From an uncultured virus (IMG/VR IMGVR_UViG_3300022833_000008) (lineage: Duplodnaviria > Heunggongvirae > Uroviricota > Caudoviricetes): a stretch of 64,000 nucleotides of DNA. A model generated the notes under the pieces. That model did not search any database and had not been told where the DNA came from. It saw only the letters and a program-made list of their open reading frames with translations. Location of the stretch: IMG/VR virus record IMGVR_UViG_3300022833_000008; one strand, given 5' to 3'. Each line of letters opens with the position of its first letter. Within the stretch, counting starts at the first letter, position 1. Both the position numbers and the translations under genes were made by a program. This document shows, piece after piece, positions 29,105 to 38,780 of this stretch.

Positions 29105-30773
29105 AATTGTTACCAAAAATCAACCTTGCGAAGATTGCGGCGGTTCAGACCCTTTGCAAATATATGAAGACGGTTCAACTTTTTGTTTTTCTTGCAGAAA
29201 GTCACACGGTAATAAAGAGGGTAATAATAAAAGTATGAGCAACAATGACAACGAAGACTTTGATGCAGTAGATAATGATTGGGGTCCAACTGTTAAAGAA
29301 GTGTCTGAAGGCTACCCAACACGAGGTTTCCGAGAAAGGAACATTAACAAAAATGTGGCAGAATACTATGGTGTTAAAGTATCTTATGATCTTGATGGTT
29401 CTATTGATACTCACTACTACCCCTACCATAAAGGAGAAGCCCTCACTGGATATAAAGTACGTGAGCTACCAAAGACCTTCAAAGCGAATGTAGGTAAAGT
29501 TAAAGGCGGTTTGTTCGGCCAACATCTGTTTAGTGGAGGTAAACGACTAGTAATCACTGAAGGTGAACTCGACACTCTAGCGGTTGCTTGCGCTTTGTAT
29601 AAACGCTGGGGTACATTTTACCCTGTTGTGTCGATTAGATCCTCAACTACTTTGAAAGACTTAGTTGAAGAACGAGAGTGGATCCGTAACTTTGAAGAAG
29701 TAATTATCTGGTTTGATAACGATGACTCCGGTAAGACCGCTACTAAAGAAGCCGCTAAGATTATCGGTTATGATAAAATCAAAATCGCTAAAACACCAGA
29801 AAAAGACGCTAGCGATACTTGGATCAAAGACCCTGATAAGGTTCTAAAAGCAATTTACGATGCTGTAGAATACACACCTGCTGGTATTCTTAACAAAGAT
29901 GAGTTGTGGAACCAGCTAGTATCTTATAACGAGCTAGAGTCTGTACCTTACCCTCCTTTCATGGGGGGCTTGAACGAAAAGTTAAAGGGTATGCGCTTTG
30001 GCGAAATCACTCTTTGGACTTCTGGGACAGGTTCCGGTAAGTCTACGCTACTACGAGAAATTGCCTTTCATCTTCTTGATATAACAAAAGATAAAATTGG
30101 TATTATTTCTCTAGAAGAAAGCCCTGCAGAAACAGCCAGAAAAATGTCTGGAATGGCTCTGAACCGTAACACAGCAGCAGAGGAGATTCCTGTTGAAGAA
30201 CTCAAAGAAGGATATGACCGAGTATTTGGAAGTGACCGAGTCCTTGTGCTTGATCATCAAGGAAGTATTTCTGACGGTTCTATTATGGATTTTCTTGAGT
30301 ACATGTGCCTCAGTGGTGCTAAATATCTTTTTGTAGATCACATTACTATTCTTGCCTCAGAAGGTGCTGAAGGTCTTACTGGCAACGAAGCTATTGATTT
30401 AATTATGAATCAGCTTCTACGTATGGCTAAAAAGCATAACGTGTGGATTGGCCTAATTAGCCACCTTCGTAAGACAGACAATAAAGGCAAATCCTTTGAA
30501 GAGGGTAAGCTTCCTTCTATGGACGACATTCGCGGCTCCGGCTCAATTAAACAAATTAGCAATGATATTATTGCTTTTGCAAGAGACGTAGGCAATGCTA
30601 ATGAATCTAAAAGAAACACGATTAACACAAAAGTCCTCAAATGTCGTTATACTGGTCTTACAGGCCCATCAGGAGCATTGCTTTATAACTTTTCTACTGG
30701 AAGACTCGATAAGGGAACTGAATACCCCGACGACGGAGATCAAGAAAGTTCAGGACAGTTCCAAAGAATCTAA
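29097..30773 (+). CDS. DNA primase-helicase (T7 gp4-like)
   Basis: CxxC...CxxC zinc domain, TOPRIM ITEGELD/FDND, Walker A SGTGSGKS, VDHI, IRGSGSIKQ. Confidence 0.96.
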   Translation: MGRIVTKNQPCEDCGGSDPLQIYEDGSTFCFSCRKSHGNKEGNNKSMSNNDNEDFDAVDNDWGPTVKEVSEGYPTRGFRERNINKNVAEYYGVKVSYDLDGSIDTHYYPYHKGEALTGYKVRELPKTFKANVGKVKGGLFGQHLFSGGKRLVITEGELDTLAVACALYKRWGTFYPVVSIRSSTTLKDLVEEREWIRNFEEVIIWFDNDDSGKTATKEAAKIIGYDKIKIAKTPEKDASDTWIKDPDKVLKAIYDAVEYTPAGILNKDELWNQLVSYNELESVPYPPFMGGLNEKLKGMRFGEITLWTSGTGSGKSTLLREIAFHLLDITKDKIGIISLEESPAETARKMSGMALNRNTAAEEIPVEELKEGYDRVFGSDRVLVLDHQGSISDGSIMDFLEYMCLSGAKYLFVDHITILASEGAEGLTGNEAIDLIMNQLLRMAKKHNVWIGLISHLRKTDNKGKSFEEGKLPSMDDIRGSGSIKQISNDIIAFARDVGNANESKRNTINTKVLKCRYTGLTGPSGALLYNFSTGRLDKGTEYPDDGDQESSGQFQRI

Positions 30774-30789
30774 TCATTAAGGAATACTT

Positions 30790-30999
30790 ATGACAGAAAA
30801 TGAATGTATTTACGTATCAGTTATCCTTCAACTTATTTTTGATGGAGAAGCTAAACTTGGAGAGTTATCACCCGCAGTAAAAAGCTTTGTAGAAGGAATT
30901 GTAGATGAATTTAACCTAAATCCAGACGACCCTGATGTCAAAGAGCTTTACTACGCAGCTAACACTATGTTGGAATTTGATAAGGAAAAAATGAATTGA
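30790..30999 (+). CDS. Hypothetical protein
   Basis: AAGGA RBS. Confidence 0.55.
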   Translation: MTENECIYVSVILQLIFDGEAKLGELSPAVKSFVEGIVDEFNLNPDDPDVKELYYAANTMLEFDKEKMN

Positions 31000-31205
31000 T
31001 TAATAAAGTCTTTAAAGATGCAGCTGGTTGTAATCTCAAGGTAGGAGATATCGTCGTAAATGCTAGTCAATATTTTAGAGGTAGTCATAAGATTTTAAAA
31101 CTTAACTCCAAAACTATTAGAGTCAGAGGTTTAAATGAAAGTTATGAATACAACACTTACTCTAGTAACCTAGTAAAAACCTTCAATCAAACAAAGGAAA
31201 ACTAA
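30996..31205 (+). CDS. Hypothetical protein (LKVGDIV KOW-like)
   Basis: Translation pattern. Confidence 0.5.
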   Translation: MINKVFKDAAGCNLKVGDIVVNASQYFRGSHKILKLNSKTIRVRGLNESYEYNTYSSNLVKTFNQTKEN

Positions 31206-31206
31206 A

Positions 31207-31530
31207 ATGAACAAATTTGCTATTAGCGGTATCAAACCAGAGTTTCACAAAGCTTGGCACTACGCTAATGACTTTATGTACGTTGCAATCAAAAGTGAAA
31301 AACATTGTAGTCAATTTTTAAAACAGAGTGTTAAATGGTCTGACGAAGAAAAAGAATTTCTTAGTTGGGCTTGGGTTTTAATTAAAACAGGAGTTGACAT
31401 CGACCCTGTGTATTCTTTTAATGAAGTCTATTCCGAACCTTCTTTTGAAGTAGAAAAAACAAAAGTGAAAGAACCAAAGGCAAAACCACGACCTCGTCCT
31501 AATTTTAAGAAACATAATCAAGAAGACTAA
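31207..31530 (+). CDS. Hypothetical protein
   Basis: AAGGA RBS, basic C-terminus. Confidence 0.6.
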   Translation: MNKFAISGIKPEFHKAWHYANDFMYVAIKSEKHCSQFLKQSVKWSDEEKEFLSWAWVLIKTGVDIDPVYSFNEVYSEPSFEVEKTKVKEPKAKPRPRPNFKKHNQED

Positions 31531-31626
31531 TAAAATTAAAACCCGCATACATAATAAGAAGTTATAGTTCAGGTATTCTACCCGCTGATCTTCTAATACT
31601 TGTAGAGCAAGAAAGCACAAAACAAA

Positions 31627-33498
31627 ATGAACAATTACGAATCCTTTATCCACATGAGCCGTTACTCCCGCTTTTTGGAAAATCTAAACCGACGCGAAAG
31701 CTGGGATGAAACAGTAGATCGTCTCGTTGGCTTCTGGCGAGAAGAAGTAGACTCGAACGTCATTACAGACGATGAGCTACAATTACTACGTGACGCTATC
31801 TATAAGCGTGAAGTCATGCCCTCTATGCGTGCGCTTTGGGCAGCTGGTGATGCACTTCGTAAAAACCCCTTCCGTGGCTACAACTGTAGTTACATTGACG
31901 TTGATCACATTCGTGTGTTTGATGAAATTCTTTATATTTTGATGTCTGGTACAGGCGCTGGCTTTGGTTGTGAAAAGATTTCAACTTCAGGTCTTCCAAT
32001 TGTAAATGATACCTTTAATCTTTCTGACCGTGTTATTACAGTTGAAGACTCTGCTGAAGGTTGGGCCAAGGCACTGCGTAAGCTTATCGCAGAACTTTAC
32101 CTCGGTAACATGCACCAATGGGATTATACAAAAGTCCGACCTGAAGGCGCTCGTCTTAAAACAATGGGTGGTCGCGCTTCCGGACCCGGGCCTCTCAAAG
32201 ACTTGATGGGCTTTGTAACAAACGTATTCCGCGCTGCTGAAGGTCGTAAGTTGACCTCTCAAGAAGTACACGATATTGTATGTAAGATTGCCGAAGTTGT
32301 AGTTGTAGGTGGTGTTCGCCGCTCCGCACTTATTTCTTTGTCAGATCTTGGCGATCCAGAACTTCGGGATTGTAAGTCTGGCCAATGGTGGAAAACCGCT
32401 GGTCATCGAGCCTTGGCAAATAACTCTGCTGCTTATGATAGTAAACCACCTATGTCAGTGTTTATGGATGAGTGGATTGCCCTTATGAAATCAGGTACAG
32501 GCGAACGAGGTATCTTTAATCGCTCCGGCGCTAAAGCTCTCGCACCAAATCGACGTGATTCTACTCAACTGCGAGGAACCAACCCTTGTGCTGAGATTCA
32601 ACTGCGTTCCGGTCAACTCTGTAACTTGTCAGAAGTAGTCTGCCGTGTAGATGATACAGAAGAAGATATCGCTCGTAAACTCAAGTTAGCAACCATTCTA
32701 GGAACACTACAGTCTTCTTTGACTAACTTTAAGTATGTACGTAAAATCTGGCAAAAGAACTGTGAAGAAGAACGTTTGTTGGGTGTTTCCTTAACAGGTA
32801 TTCAAGATTGTAAAATTCTTCGTAAACCTGACCCCAAGATGCTTGAACGTCTTCGTGATATTTCAATTGCAGTTAATATTGATTACGCAGAACGTCTTGG
32901 TATCAACCCTGCAACAGCAGTTACAACAATCAAACCAAGTGGTACAGTTAGCCAACTCGTAGATTCTTCTTCGGGTATTCATGGTCGTTTCTCGGCTTAC
33001 TATATTCGTGCTGTGCGTCAAGCAAACAACGATCCAATTACTACTTTCTTGAAAGACATGGGTGTGCCAAACGAGGCAGACGTTACGAACCCACAGAAAA
33101 CCACTATCTTCTACTTTCCCATTAAGTCGCCAGAAGGTGCAACACTCGCTAACGAACAAAGTGCTATTGAACAACTTGAAAACTGGAAACTCTTTCAGTT
33201 GCACTGGTCAGAACATTCTGTTTCCGTAACAGTTTACGTTAAAGATGAAGAATGGATGAAGGTTGGAGCTTGGGTCTATGAAAACTTTAACTTCATTACA
33301 GGTGTGTCTTTCTTGCCTTACTCTGAACACACTTACCAACAAGCGCCCTACACACCTTGTACTAAAGAAGAATTTGATGCTGCAGAACTAGCAATGCCAG
33401 ATATTGACTTCTCTCGTCTTCAAGAGTATGAGTCAGAAGACAACACAAGTGGATCTCAGACTTTGGCCTGTAGTGCTGGAGGTTGCGATATCCTTTAA
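31627..33498 (+). CDS. nrdJ: Ribonucleotide reductase class II (adenosylcobalamin-dependent)
   Basis: MPSMR, YNC, VVVGGVRRSALI, TNPCAEI, CNLSEV, TIKPSGT, C-terminal ACSAGGC; no beta subunit in window. Confidence 0.93.
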   Translation: MNNYESFIHMSRYSRFLENLNRRESWDETVDRLVGFWREEVDSNVITDDELQLLRDAIYKREVMPSMRALWAAGDALRKNPFRGYNCSYIDVDHIRVFDEILYILMSGTGAGFGCEKISTSGLPIVNDTFNLSDRVITVEDSAEGWAKALRKLIAELYLGNMHQWDYTKVRPEGARLKTMGGRASGPGPLKDLMGFVTNVFRAAEGRKLTSQEVHDIVCKIAEVVVVGGVRRSALISLSDLGDPELRDCKSGQWWKTAGHRALANNSAAYDSKPPMSVFMDEWIALMKSGTGERGIFNRSGAKALAPNRRDSTQLRGTNPCAEIQLRSGQLCNLSEVVCRVDDTEEDIARKLKLATILGTLQSSLTNFKYVRKIWQKNCEEERLLGVSLTGIQDCKILRKPDPKMLERLRDISIAVNIDYAERLGINPATAVTTIKPSGTVSQLVDSSSGIHGRFSAYYIRAVRQANNDPITTFLKDMGVPNEADVTNPQKTTIFYFPIKSPEGATLANEQSAIEQLENWKLFQLHWSEHSVSVTVYVKDEEWMKVGAWVYENFNFITGVSFLPYSEHTYQQAPYTPCTKEEFDAAELAMPDIDFSRLQEYESEDNTSGSQTLACSAGGCDIL

Positions 33499-33515
33499 CT
33501 TATATAGGAGATAAT

Positions 33516-33710
33516 ATGTCAGTTTTAACAGAAGTCTGTTTTTGTAACAAATGTCAAGGTCGTGGATACACTACGAATGACGTAACAAGAGAAACTTCCG
33601 GTGCAAATGTCGTTTGTGATAAATGCAAAGGAGAAAGAGTAATGCTAAAGACTACTACTGTTATTGTTACCTACGAAAAATTAAAAACATCGTGGTCTAG
33701 TGGTATCTAA
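33516..33710 (+). CDS. Small DnaJ-type zinc-finger protein
   Basis: CNKCQGRG...CDKCKG. Confidence 0.6.
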   Translation: MSVLTEVCFCNKCQGRGYTTNDVTRETSGANVVCDKCKGERVMLKTTTVIVTYEKLKTSWSSGI

Positions 33711-33906
33711 AAGGAATAATGTAATGAAAAAATGGTATAACTGGCCAGCAAACTATTATGAGAAGTCTTGGAAACCTTGGTATGGTATTCTAAGAACTCT
33801 CTTGTTCGCTCCTGTCGTAATCCTTGGATTTAGTATTCTATACATTGGAATGTTTCTTGTAGAGGGTTTTGAAGAGGCCGAGAGTTTACGAAAAGATATC
33901 TTCTAA
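33700..33906 (+). CDS. Small membrane protein
   Basis: One hydrophobic segment. Confidence 0.5.
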   Translation: MVSKRNNVMKKWYNWPANYYEKSWKPWYGILRTLLFAPVVILGFSILYIGMFLVEGFEEAESLRKDIF

Positions 33907-33961
33907 TAACAACACCTGAGTAAGTGTATAAACTGCTTATTTTATCAAATATAAAAGGTAA

Positions 33962-34165
33962 ATGAAAATGTCAGTAGAAATAACAAACTATGAAGACCAC
34001 AATGAAGACAATATTTTAATTGAAATCTCAGTAATAGGTATGGATAAGACACTGTACCCTTTAAATATAATTATCCCAAAACCAGATAGTACTCTGGGTA
34101 AGCAAGCCTACTACGCAAATCACTCTCTAGGATTGAACCTTTCAACAACAGGGCATTATGAATAA
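33962..34165 (+). CDS. Hypothetical protein
   Basis: ORF with RBS. Confidence 0.45.
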   Translation: MKMSVEITNYEDHNEDNILIEISVIGMDKTLYPLNIIIPKPDSTLGKQAYYANHSLGLNLSTTGHYE

Positions 34166-34788
34166 TGACTAAGAAATCTAAAAAGATTAAATCAAAAGCA
34201 GAAGCACCTGTTCTCCAAAAGTCAGGAGAGTATTTGTTTAAAAGCGGTATTCTGATGATTGCTCAACCTTTTAAACCTGAAACTATTTTTCCAGTAATCC
34301 AAGACATTCTTGAGTATAACTTAATGGAAAAGGAACTTCAACCAGAACGAATCACTCTTATTATTAACAGCCCCGGTGGTCGTGTAGACTCTTGCCTTAG
34401 CCTTGTAGACACAATGTTAATGTCTAGTATTCCTGTAGATACCTTTTGTACGGGCCTTGCAGCTTCCTGCGCTACTGTTGTCCTAATGGCTGGTAAAAAC
34501 CGATCAGCGTCTATTACCGCTAAGATCATGTCTCACCAATACTCAGGTGGAGTGATCGGTAAAGAACATGAAATCTACGGTTCTATGCGAAGCTTTGAGC
34601 ATACTTCTTCTTGGATGGAAGAACACTATCGTATCTTTACAGGAATGTCTGTAAAAAAGATTCGTAAAAATCTACTATGTCCTACTGATGTTTGGCTTAA
34701 TGCTGAAGAAGCCTTAAAGTTTAACATCATCGATGAAATCGTAAACCCTTATCAAAACGTTCTTGTGGAGAATAAAACAAATGTATAA
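34165..34788 (+). CDS. clpP: ClpP-like protease subunit
   Basis: IINSPGG, GLAASC (catalytic Ser), IMSHQ, DVWLNAEEAL.F.IIDEI. Confidence 0.9.
   Translation: MTKKSKKIKSKAEAPVLQKSGEYLFKSGILMIAQPFKPETIFPVIQDILEYNLMEKELQPERITLIINSPGGRVDSCLSLVDTMLMSSIPVDTFCTGLAASCATVVLMAGKNRSASITAKIMSHQYSGGVIGKEHEIYGSMRSFEHTSSWMEEHYRIFTGMSVKKIRKNLLCPTDVWLNAEEALKFNIIDEIVNPYQNVLVENKTNV
34446..34460 (+). repeat. Motif B copy 4 (inside clpP)
   Basis: TTGTACGGGCCTTGC. Confidence 0.75.
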
Positions 34789-35017
34789 ATCAAATAAAAC
34801 TACTTTCGCTTCTGCTGCTGGCATGGTTTTTAGCGCAATTGCTCTATTTGCAATAGTTGGCGCTTTTGTATCTTGGATTTTCATGTTGCTTTGGAATTCA
34901 GTTGCTGTAACTATGTTTGAGCTTCCTGAAATTACCTTTTGGAAGGCTTGGGGCTTACTGCTCCTTATTAACCTCGTTACTTCTAGCTTTAAATCAGTAA
35001 CAAGTAATTCTAAATGA
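34781..35017 (+). CDS. Small membrane protein
   Basis: MLLWN...F.LPEITFWKAWGL pattern. Confidence 0.6.
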   Translation: MYKSNKTTFASAAGMVFSAIALFAIVGAFVSWIFMLLWNSVAVTMFELPEITFWKAWGLLLLINLVTSSFKSVTSNSK

Positions 35018-35106
35018 TGACTTTATTAATCCTATTTGAAGTAATCGTAGGGTTGCTTTCTAATCTATACGTACTGTAGTAACTTAAATTAATAAATGGA
35101 TAGCTT

Positions 35107-35460
35107 ATGAGAACTTCAAATTGTGGCAACTACGTGGCAGTACCCTCTTATCGTAGCTTTGATATTGATAACGAAAGTCCAGAAGATCTGATTTTGAATT
35201 TAGAAAAATTGCTAGAGAAGTACCCTTACAATTACGAACCCACTTACGGGAAATCATACCAAGTTACTCACTGTACTTTGTCCCTTTTACCTGATGATTG
35301 TGAAGATTACTACTCTATCGTAGTTCAAGAGTGGCGTTCAATTACAGAAGATGAGCGCGTTGATGAAATCAATAGAAAGAATAATCTTTTAAACAGTAAT
35401 AAAGTACGAGAGCTTGAAAAACTTAAAACCCTAATGAAAAAATATAAAGGTGAGTTTTAA
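35107..35460 (+). CDS. Hypothetical protein
   Basis: 117-aa ORF. Confidence 0.55.
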   Translation: MRTSNCGNYVAVPSYRSFDIDNESPEDLILNLEKLLEKYPYNYEPTYGKSYQVTHCTLSLLPDDCEDYYSIVVQEWRSITEDERVDEINRKNNLLNSNKVRELEKLKTLMKKYKGEF

Positions 35461-35482
35461 TTACATAGGAAAGGACTGATAG

Positions 35483-35683
35483 ATGACTAACTTAGAGAAA
35501 CTGAAAGACGCCTATAAGGTTGCTGGTGCTGAAGTTGAAGCTGCCCATGATTCTTATGTTGTTGCTCGTAATGCTCATAATTCTACTCGTAATGCTCATA
35601 ATGCTTTTAATGATGCCTATGATGCTTATGCTGTTGCGTATCGTACCTACATTGAAGCTAAGGAAGGGTGTGCTAATGACTGA
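35483..35683 (+). CDS. Ala/Tyr heptad-repeat small protein (MTxLEKLK family)
   Basis: Low-complexity 21-nt periodic coding sequence. Confidence 0.65.
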   Translation: MTNLEKLKDAYKVAGAEVEAAHDSYVVARNAHNSTRNAHNAFNDAYDAYAVAYRTYIEAKEGCAND

Positions 35684-35828
35684 ACTTGAGAAACTAAAGG
35701 CTGCTCGTGATACTTATGCTGCTGCTCGTGATGCTTATGTGGTTGCTGAAGCTGCTTATAATGCTGCATATGATGCTTATGCTGATTCTCGTGCCTACAT
35801 TGAAGCTCAGAAGGAAACTGAACAATGA
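35676..35828 (+). CDS. Ala/Tyr heptad-repeat small protein (MTxLEKLK family)
   Basis: MTELEKLKAARDTYAAARDAYVVAEAAYNAAYDAY. Confidence 0.65.
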   Translation: MTELEKLKAARDTYAAARDAYVVAEAAYNAAYDAYADSRAYIEAQKETEQ

Positions 35829-35970
35829 TACAGGCATGGAAAAGCTATAAGGTATGGTGGGATAGTTATGGCAGCTCTTGTGGGGATTACGAGAAAACCT
35901 TTGAAGATCATATTAACGAAATGACTCTCTATGAACTTATGGAAAAACTAGAATTTTGGGAGACTAACTA

Positions 35971-36282
35971 ATGACTAAGAAAATAAATAAAGCAGCTAAG
36001 AATTTAGCTAATGAGCTAATCAATGACTGTACGGTTGGTCTCTTAGTTGTAGCATCACTAGAAGAAACTATTAATCTTGCTATTAAAGATTGTTTAAGGG
36101 TTATCTCTTATGAAGAACCCGCCCCACACAGGTCAAAAGACTTCTGGGAAAATATACAAGTAGCTAAGGCGGCTATTATTCTTGCTAGATACTACAGTAT
36201 AAATAAATATAAAAATAAAGAAAAACGTATTATTTTGCTGGAAGACTCTTTCAATAAATTACATGGAGGGCTTGACAAATGA
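35971..36282 (+). CDS. Hypothetical protein
   Basis: GGAG RBS. Confidence 0.55.
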   Translation: MTKKINKAAKNLANELINDCTVGLLVVASLEETINLAIKDCLRVISYEEPAPHRSKDFWENIQVAKAAIILARYYSINKYKNKEKRIILLEDSFNKLHGGLDK

Positions 36283-36470
36283 TGTGTTACAAAGACAAAT
36301 CTTTCTGTTCAGCTGAGTGTCTTAATAAAGTCTGTCATAGACAGTTCACAACGGAAATGGAAAAAGGCTCACGTAAGTGGTGGTCACATGACCCAGATAA
36401 TGCACCCGTAGCCTTTACGGACTTCTCAGGTAGTTGCGAGGCGTACATACCTCCTACTAACTTCAATTGA
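36279..36470 (+). CDS. Small Cys-rich protein
   Basis: CYKDKSFC...C....C.R. Confidence 0.55.
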   Translation: MMCYKDKSFCSAECLNKVCHRQFTTEMEKGSRKWWSHDPDNAPVAFTDFSGSCEAYIPPTNFN

Positions 36471-36491
36471 TTTTGTAAAGGACACTGACCA

Positions 36492-36827
36492 ATGACTAAA
36501 TATGTACCAGATAACTGGGTAGTTATCAAAATATATCCGGAGAAGTCAAAACCTCTTTACAAAGTGTTAGGTGGTTGGTTAGGAGGCTACCCCTATGGGG
36601 ACTCTTGGCGTATGAATAGTGGTATAATTAGTGTAATTGAAACCGATAATTACTTCCACTTTGAAGGTTCAAGTGGTTCTGACTACCGAGTTAACAAAAA
36701 GAGCTATGAACTATCAATAAATACTTCAGGTGTATGGTCAGCTCTTAAAGCCCATCTGGGAGACAAAGTAGAGATAATGCCGGAAGATACTAATTGGATT
36801 AAAATGGATTGGAATACGGATGACTAA
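36492..36827 (+). CDS. Hypothetical conserved phage protein
   Basis: YVPDNWVVIKI...YKVLGGW.GGY..GDSWRMNSGI...F.G.SGS.Y. Confidence 0.7.
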   Translation: MTKYVPDNWVVIKIYPEKSKPLYKVLGGWLGGYPYGDSWRMNSGIISVIETDNYFHFEGSSGSDYRVNKKSYELSINTSGVWSALKAHLGDKVEIMPEDTNWIKMDWNTDD

Positions 36828-37131
36828 CACACCGGATTATAACAACGGGCTATGGCACGGGTGGAACGGCGGGGAGTGTCCTGTGCATCCTGAGAGCATT
36901 ATTGAAATTGTCAGCAGCAGCGGTAATCTTATTAAAATGGTAGCTAGATGCGGCGCTTGGGATCATACAATAATGCAGTTGATTGCCTTCAGAGTAACCA
37001 AGGAACACAATGAACCAAAGGAGTTTTGGTTGTGCTATCGGCTGCTGGCAGATGTTGCAGAAGTGCGCTATTCGCTACCACACGACAATGAGGACTACCT
37101 CACAGTAATCCACGTAAGAGAGGTAACATAA
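36820..37131 (+). CDS. Hypothetical protein (WxxWxGGECPV domain)
   Basis: Homologous to the C-terminus of 39152..39898. Confidence 0.65.
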   Translation: MTNTPDYNNGLWHGWNGGECPVHPESIIEIVSSSGNLIKMVARCGAWDHTIMQLIAFRVTKEHNEPKEFWLCYRLLADVAEVRYSLPHDNEDYLTVIHVREVT

Positions 37132-37132
37132 A

Positions 37133-37366
37133 ATGACTGAGCTTGAAAAACTAAAGTCGACCACTGCTGCTGCTTATAAAGATGCTTGTAAGGCTCTTGA
37201 TGAGGCAAAGGATACTTATAATATTGCCTTTGAAGCAGCGGCTAATACTGCTTATGCTGCCTTTGATGCTGCTTATGAGTCGGATGCTTACGCTGTTTTT
37301 GATGCTGCTTATGAGTCGGATGCTTACGCTGTTTTTGAATCTACCCTTAAAGATAAAAACCTGTAA
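37133..37366 (+). CDS. Ala-rich small protein (MTxLEKLK family)
   Basis: Contains a perfect 36-bp tandem duplication. Confidence 0.65.
   Translation: MTELEKLKSTTAAAYKDACKALDEAKDTYNIAFEAAANTAYAAFDAAYESDAYAVFDAAYESDAYAVFESTLKDKNL
37262..37333 (+). repeat. Perfect 2 x 36-bp tandem repeat (FDAAYESDAYAV)
   Basis: Direct sequence identity. Confidence 0.9.
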
Positions 37367-37382
37367 CAAAGGAAACTGAACA

Positions 37383-37913
37383 ATGAATGAGACCTTCGCA
37401 GACCTGGGTTACAACGTAGGCGACACGGTGCGCTGTGTTGATAATAAAAGCTGTCGGTTTTACACGACTGGCAAAAAATATGTGCTTGAAGGTAGTGTCG
37501 ATTCGAGACCAACAATAAAAGGTGATAAAAACGGACTCAGCGCAACATGGGAACTGGTATCACGCGCGGTATCACCAGCCGCTGCAAAAAACGTAAACTT
37601 ACTTTGGAGTGACCTGACACCGGAAGATAAGTGTACGTTACTACTAGCTGAAAGTAGTGGGGAAACTATTCAACTTTTTAGCATATTAGCTAGTAAGTGG
37701 ACTGACATTGAAAACAGACCAATGTGGCTTGATAGTTTCAAATACCGCGTAAAGCCTGCGGACCCTGTTGTCGTGGCGCATGAGCTATTTGGACGCCATG
37801 GGAGTATTTGGGCCTTCTTCACAGACGACTTTGACACACACAAGATGACCTATAACACGATTGACGGTGTAATTGATTGCGCGTCATATAAAATGATGGA
37901 GATTGGTAAATGA
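37383..37913 (+). CDS. Hypothetical protein, paralog 1
   Basis: MNETFADLGYNVGDTVRCVD...SATWELVSRA...YNTIDG. Confidence 0.7.
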   Translation: MNETFADLGYNVGDTVRCVDNKSCRFYTTGKKYVLEGSVDSRPTIKGDKNGLSATWELVSRAVSPAAAKNVNLLWSDLTPEDKCTLLLAESSGETIQLFSILASKWTDIENRPMWLDSFKYRVKPADPVVVAHELFGRHGSIWAFFTDDFDTHKMTYNTIDGVIDCASYKMMEIGK

Positions 37914-38446
37914 ATAAGACATTTGCAGACCTAGGTTACAACGCTGGCGACACGGTGCGATGCGTTGATGACAGGAATCGTGTTGATGACGGAGGTTGTT
38001 TGATTTATGTAACGGGTTATGAATACTTGCTTAGACACACTACCATAGAACCTAGAACCAACTGCGGTCATAACGGCTACAGCGCAACATGGGAACTAGT
38101 ATCACGCGCCGGATCAACGGACGACGCAGATGACGAATATCTGAACTGGCGTAACATGACACCAGAGGCGCAAGGGGCGCTGATGTTATCGCTTCACAAC
38201 GGAGCAACCATTCAAGTTTTTAGCGTATCAAGTGATAAGTGGGTTGATACGAGAAAACCAATGTGGGTAGATTACATAAAATATCGCGTAAGGACTGCGG
38301 ACCCTGTCGTTTTAACACATGAGGTTTCTGGTTATGTTGGTGGGCCATGGAGTGAACAAAAAATTAAGATTGATACACAAAAGATTACTTACAACACAAT
38401 CGATGGTTTAGTTGACTACGATTCGGTTAAAATGATGGAAATTTAA
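37910..38446 (+). CDS. Hypothetical protein, paralog 2
   Basis: MNKTFADLGYNAGDTVRCVD...SATWELVSRA...YNTIDG. Confidence 0.7.
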   Translation: MNKTFADLGYNAGDTVRCVDDRNRVDDGGCLIYVTGYEYLLRHTTIEPRTNCGHNGYSATWELVSRAGSTDDADDEYLNWRNMTPEAQGALMLSLHNGATIQVFSVSSDKWVDTRKPMWVDYIKYRVRTADPVVLTHEVSGYVGGPWSEQKIKIDTQKITYNTIDGLVDYDSVKMMEI

Positions 38447-38496
38447 CAATGACTCGTAAGAAATCCCAACTGCTTTAATTGAAATGGAGACATCAA

Positions 38497-38730
38497 ATGA
38501 ATAAGATTATCAAATTTTACAACTGGGGGCGTAGTCAAGACAATGGAACTGGGTTTGTATTCTATATTATAACAGTTTTGTTTTGGACGTTTGTAATCCT
38601 TAGTATTGTATTTTCAACAGTAGCATTATTTGCCACGGGAAATGCAATACCACTCTTTATTTCCTTAACTCCTGTAATAGTTTTATTATGGTCTTTGTGG
38701 AGGTCTTTTGAGAAAGAACAAAACGAATAA
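38497..38730 (+). CDS. Small two-TM membrane protein
   Basis: Hydrophobic segments; GGAG RBS. Confidence 0.55.
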   Translation: MNKIIKFYNWGRSQDNGTGFVFYIITVLFWTFVILSIVFSTVALFATGNAIPLFISLTPVIVLLWSLWRSFEKEQNE

Positions 38731-38780
38731 CTCACTTATAACTTCTAATATGTTGTGTTTAATTAAACTGGAGAATACCT

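Noticed and set aside
31531..31626. Cobalamin riboswitch or sixth motif-A promoter before nrdJ
   Set aside because: Too short and no B12-box; AAAACCCGCATACATAAT is only a partial match to motif A
14670..33498. Introns or inteins in RNAP, polA, primase-helicase or nrdJ
   Set aside because: Frames are continuous, lengths are ordinary and no splicing motifs were seen
35520..37379. Leu/Met-rich alternative-frame ORFs (5' part of 35520, and 37182)
   Set aside because: Frame-shifted readings of the Ala-rich repeat genes
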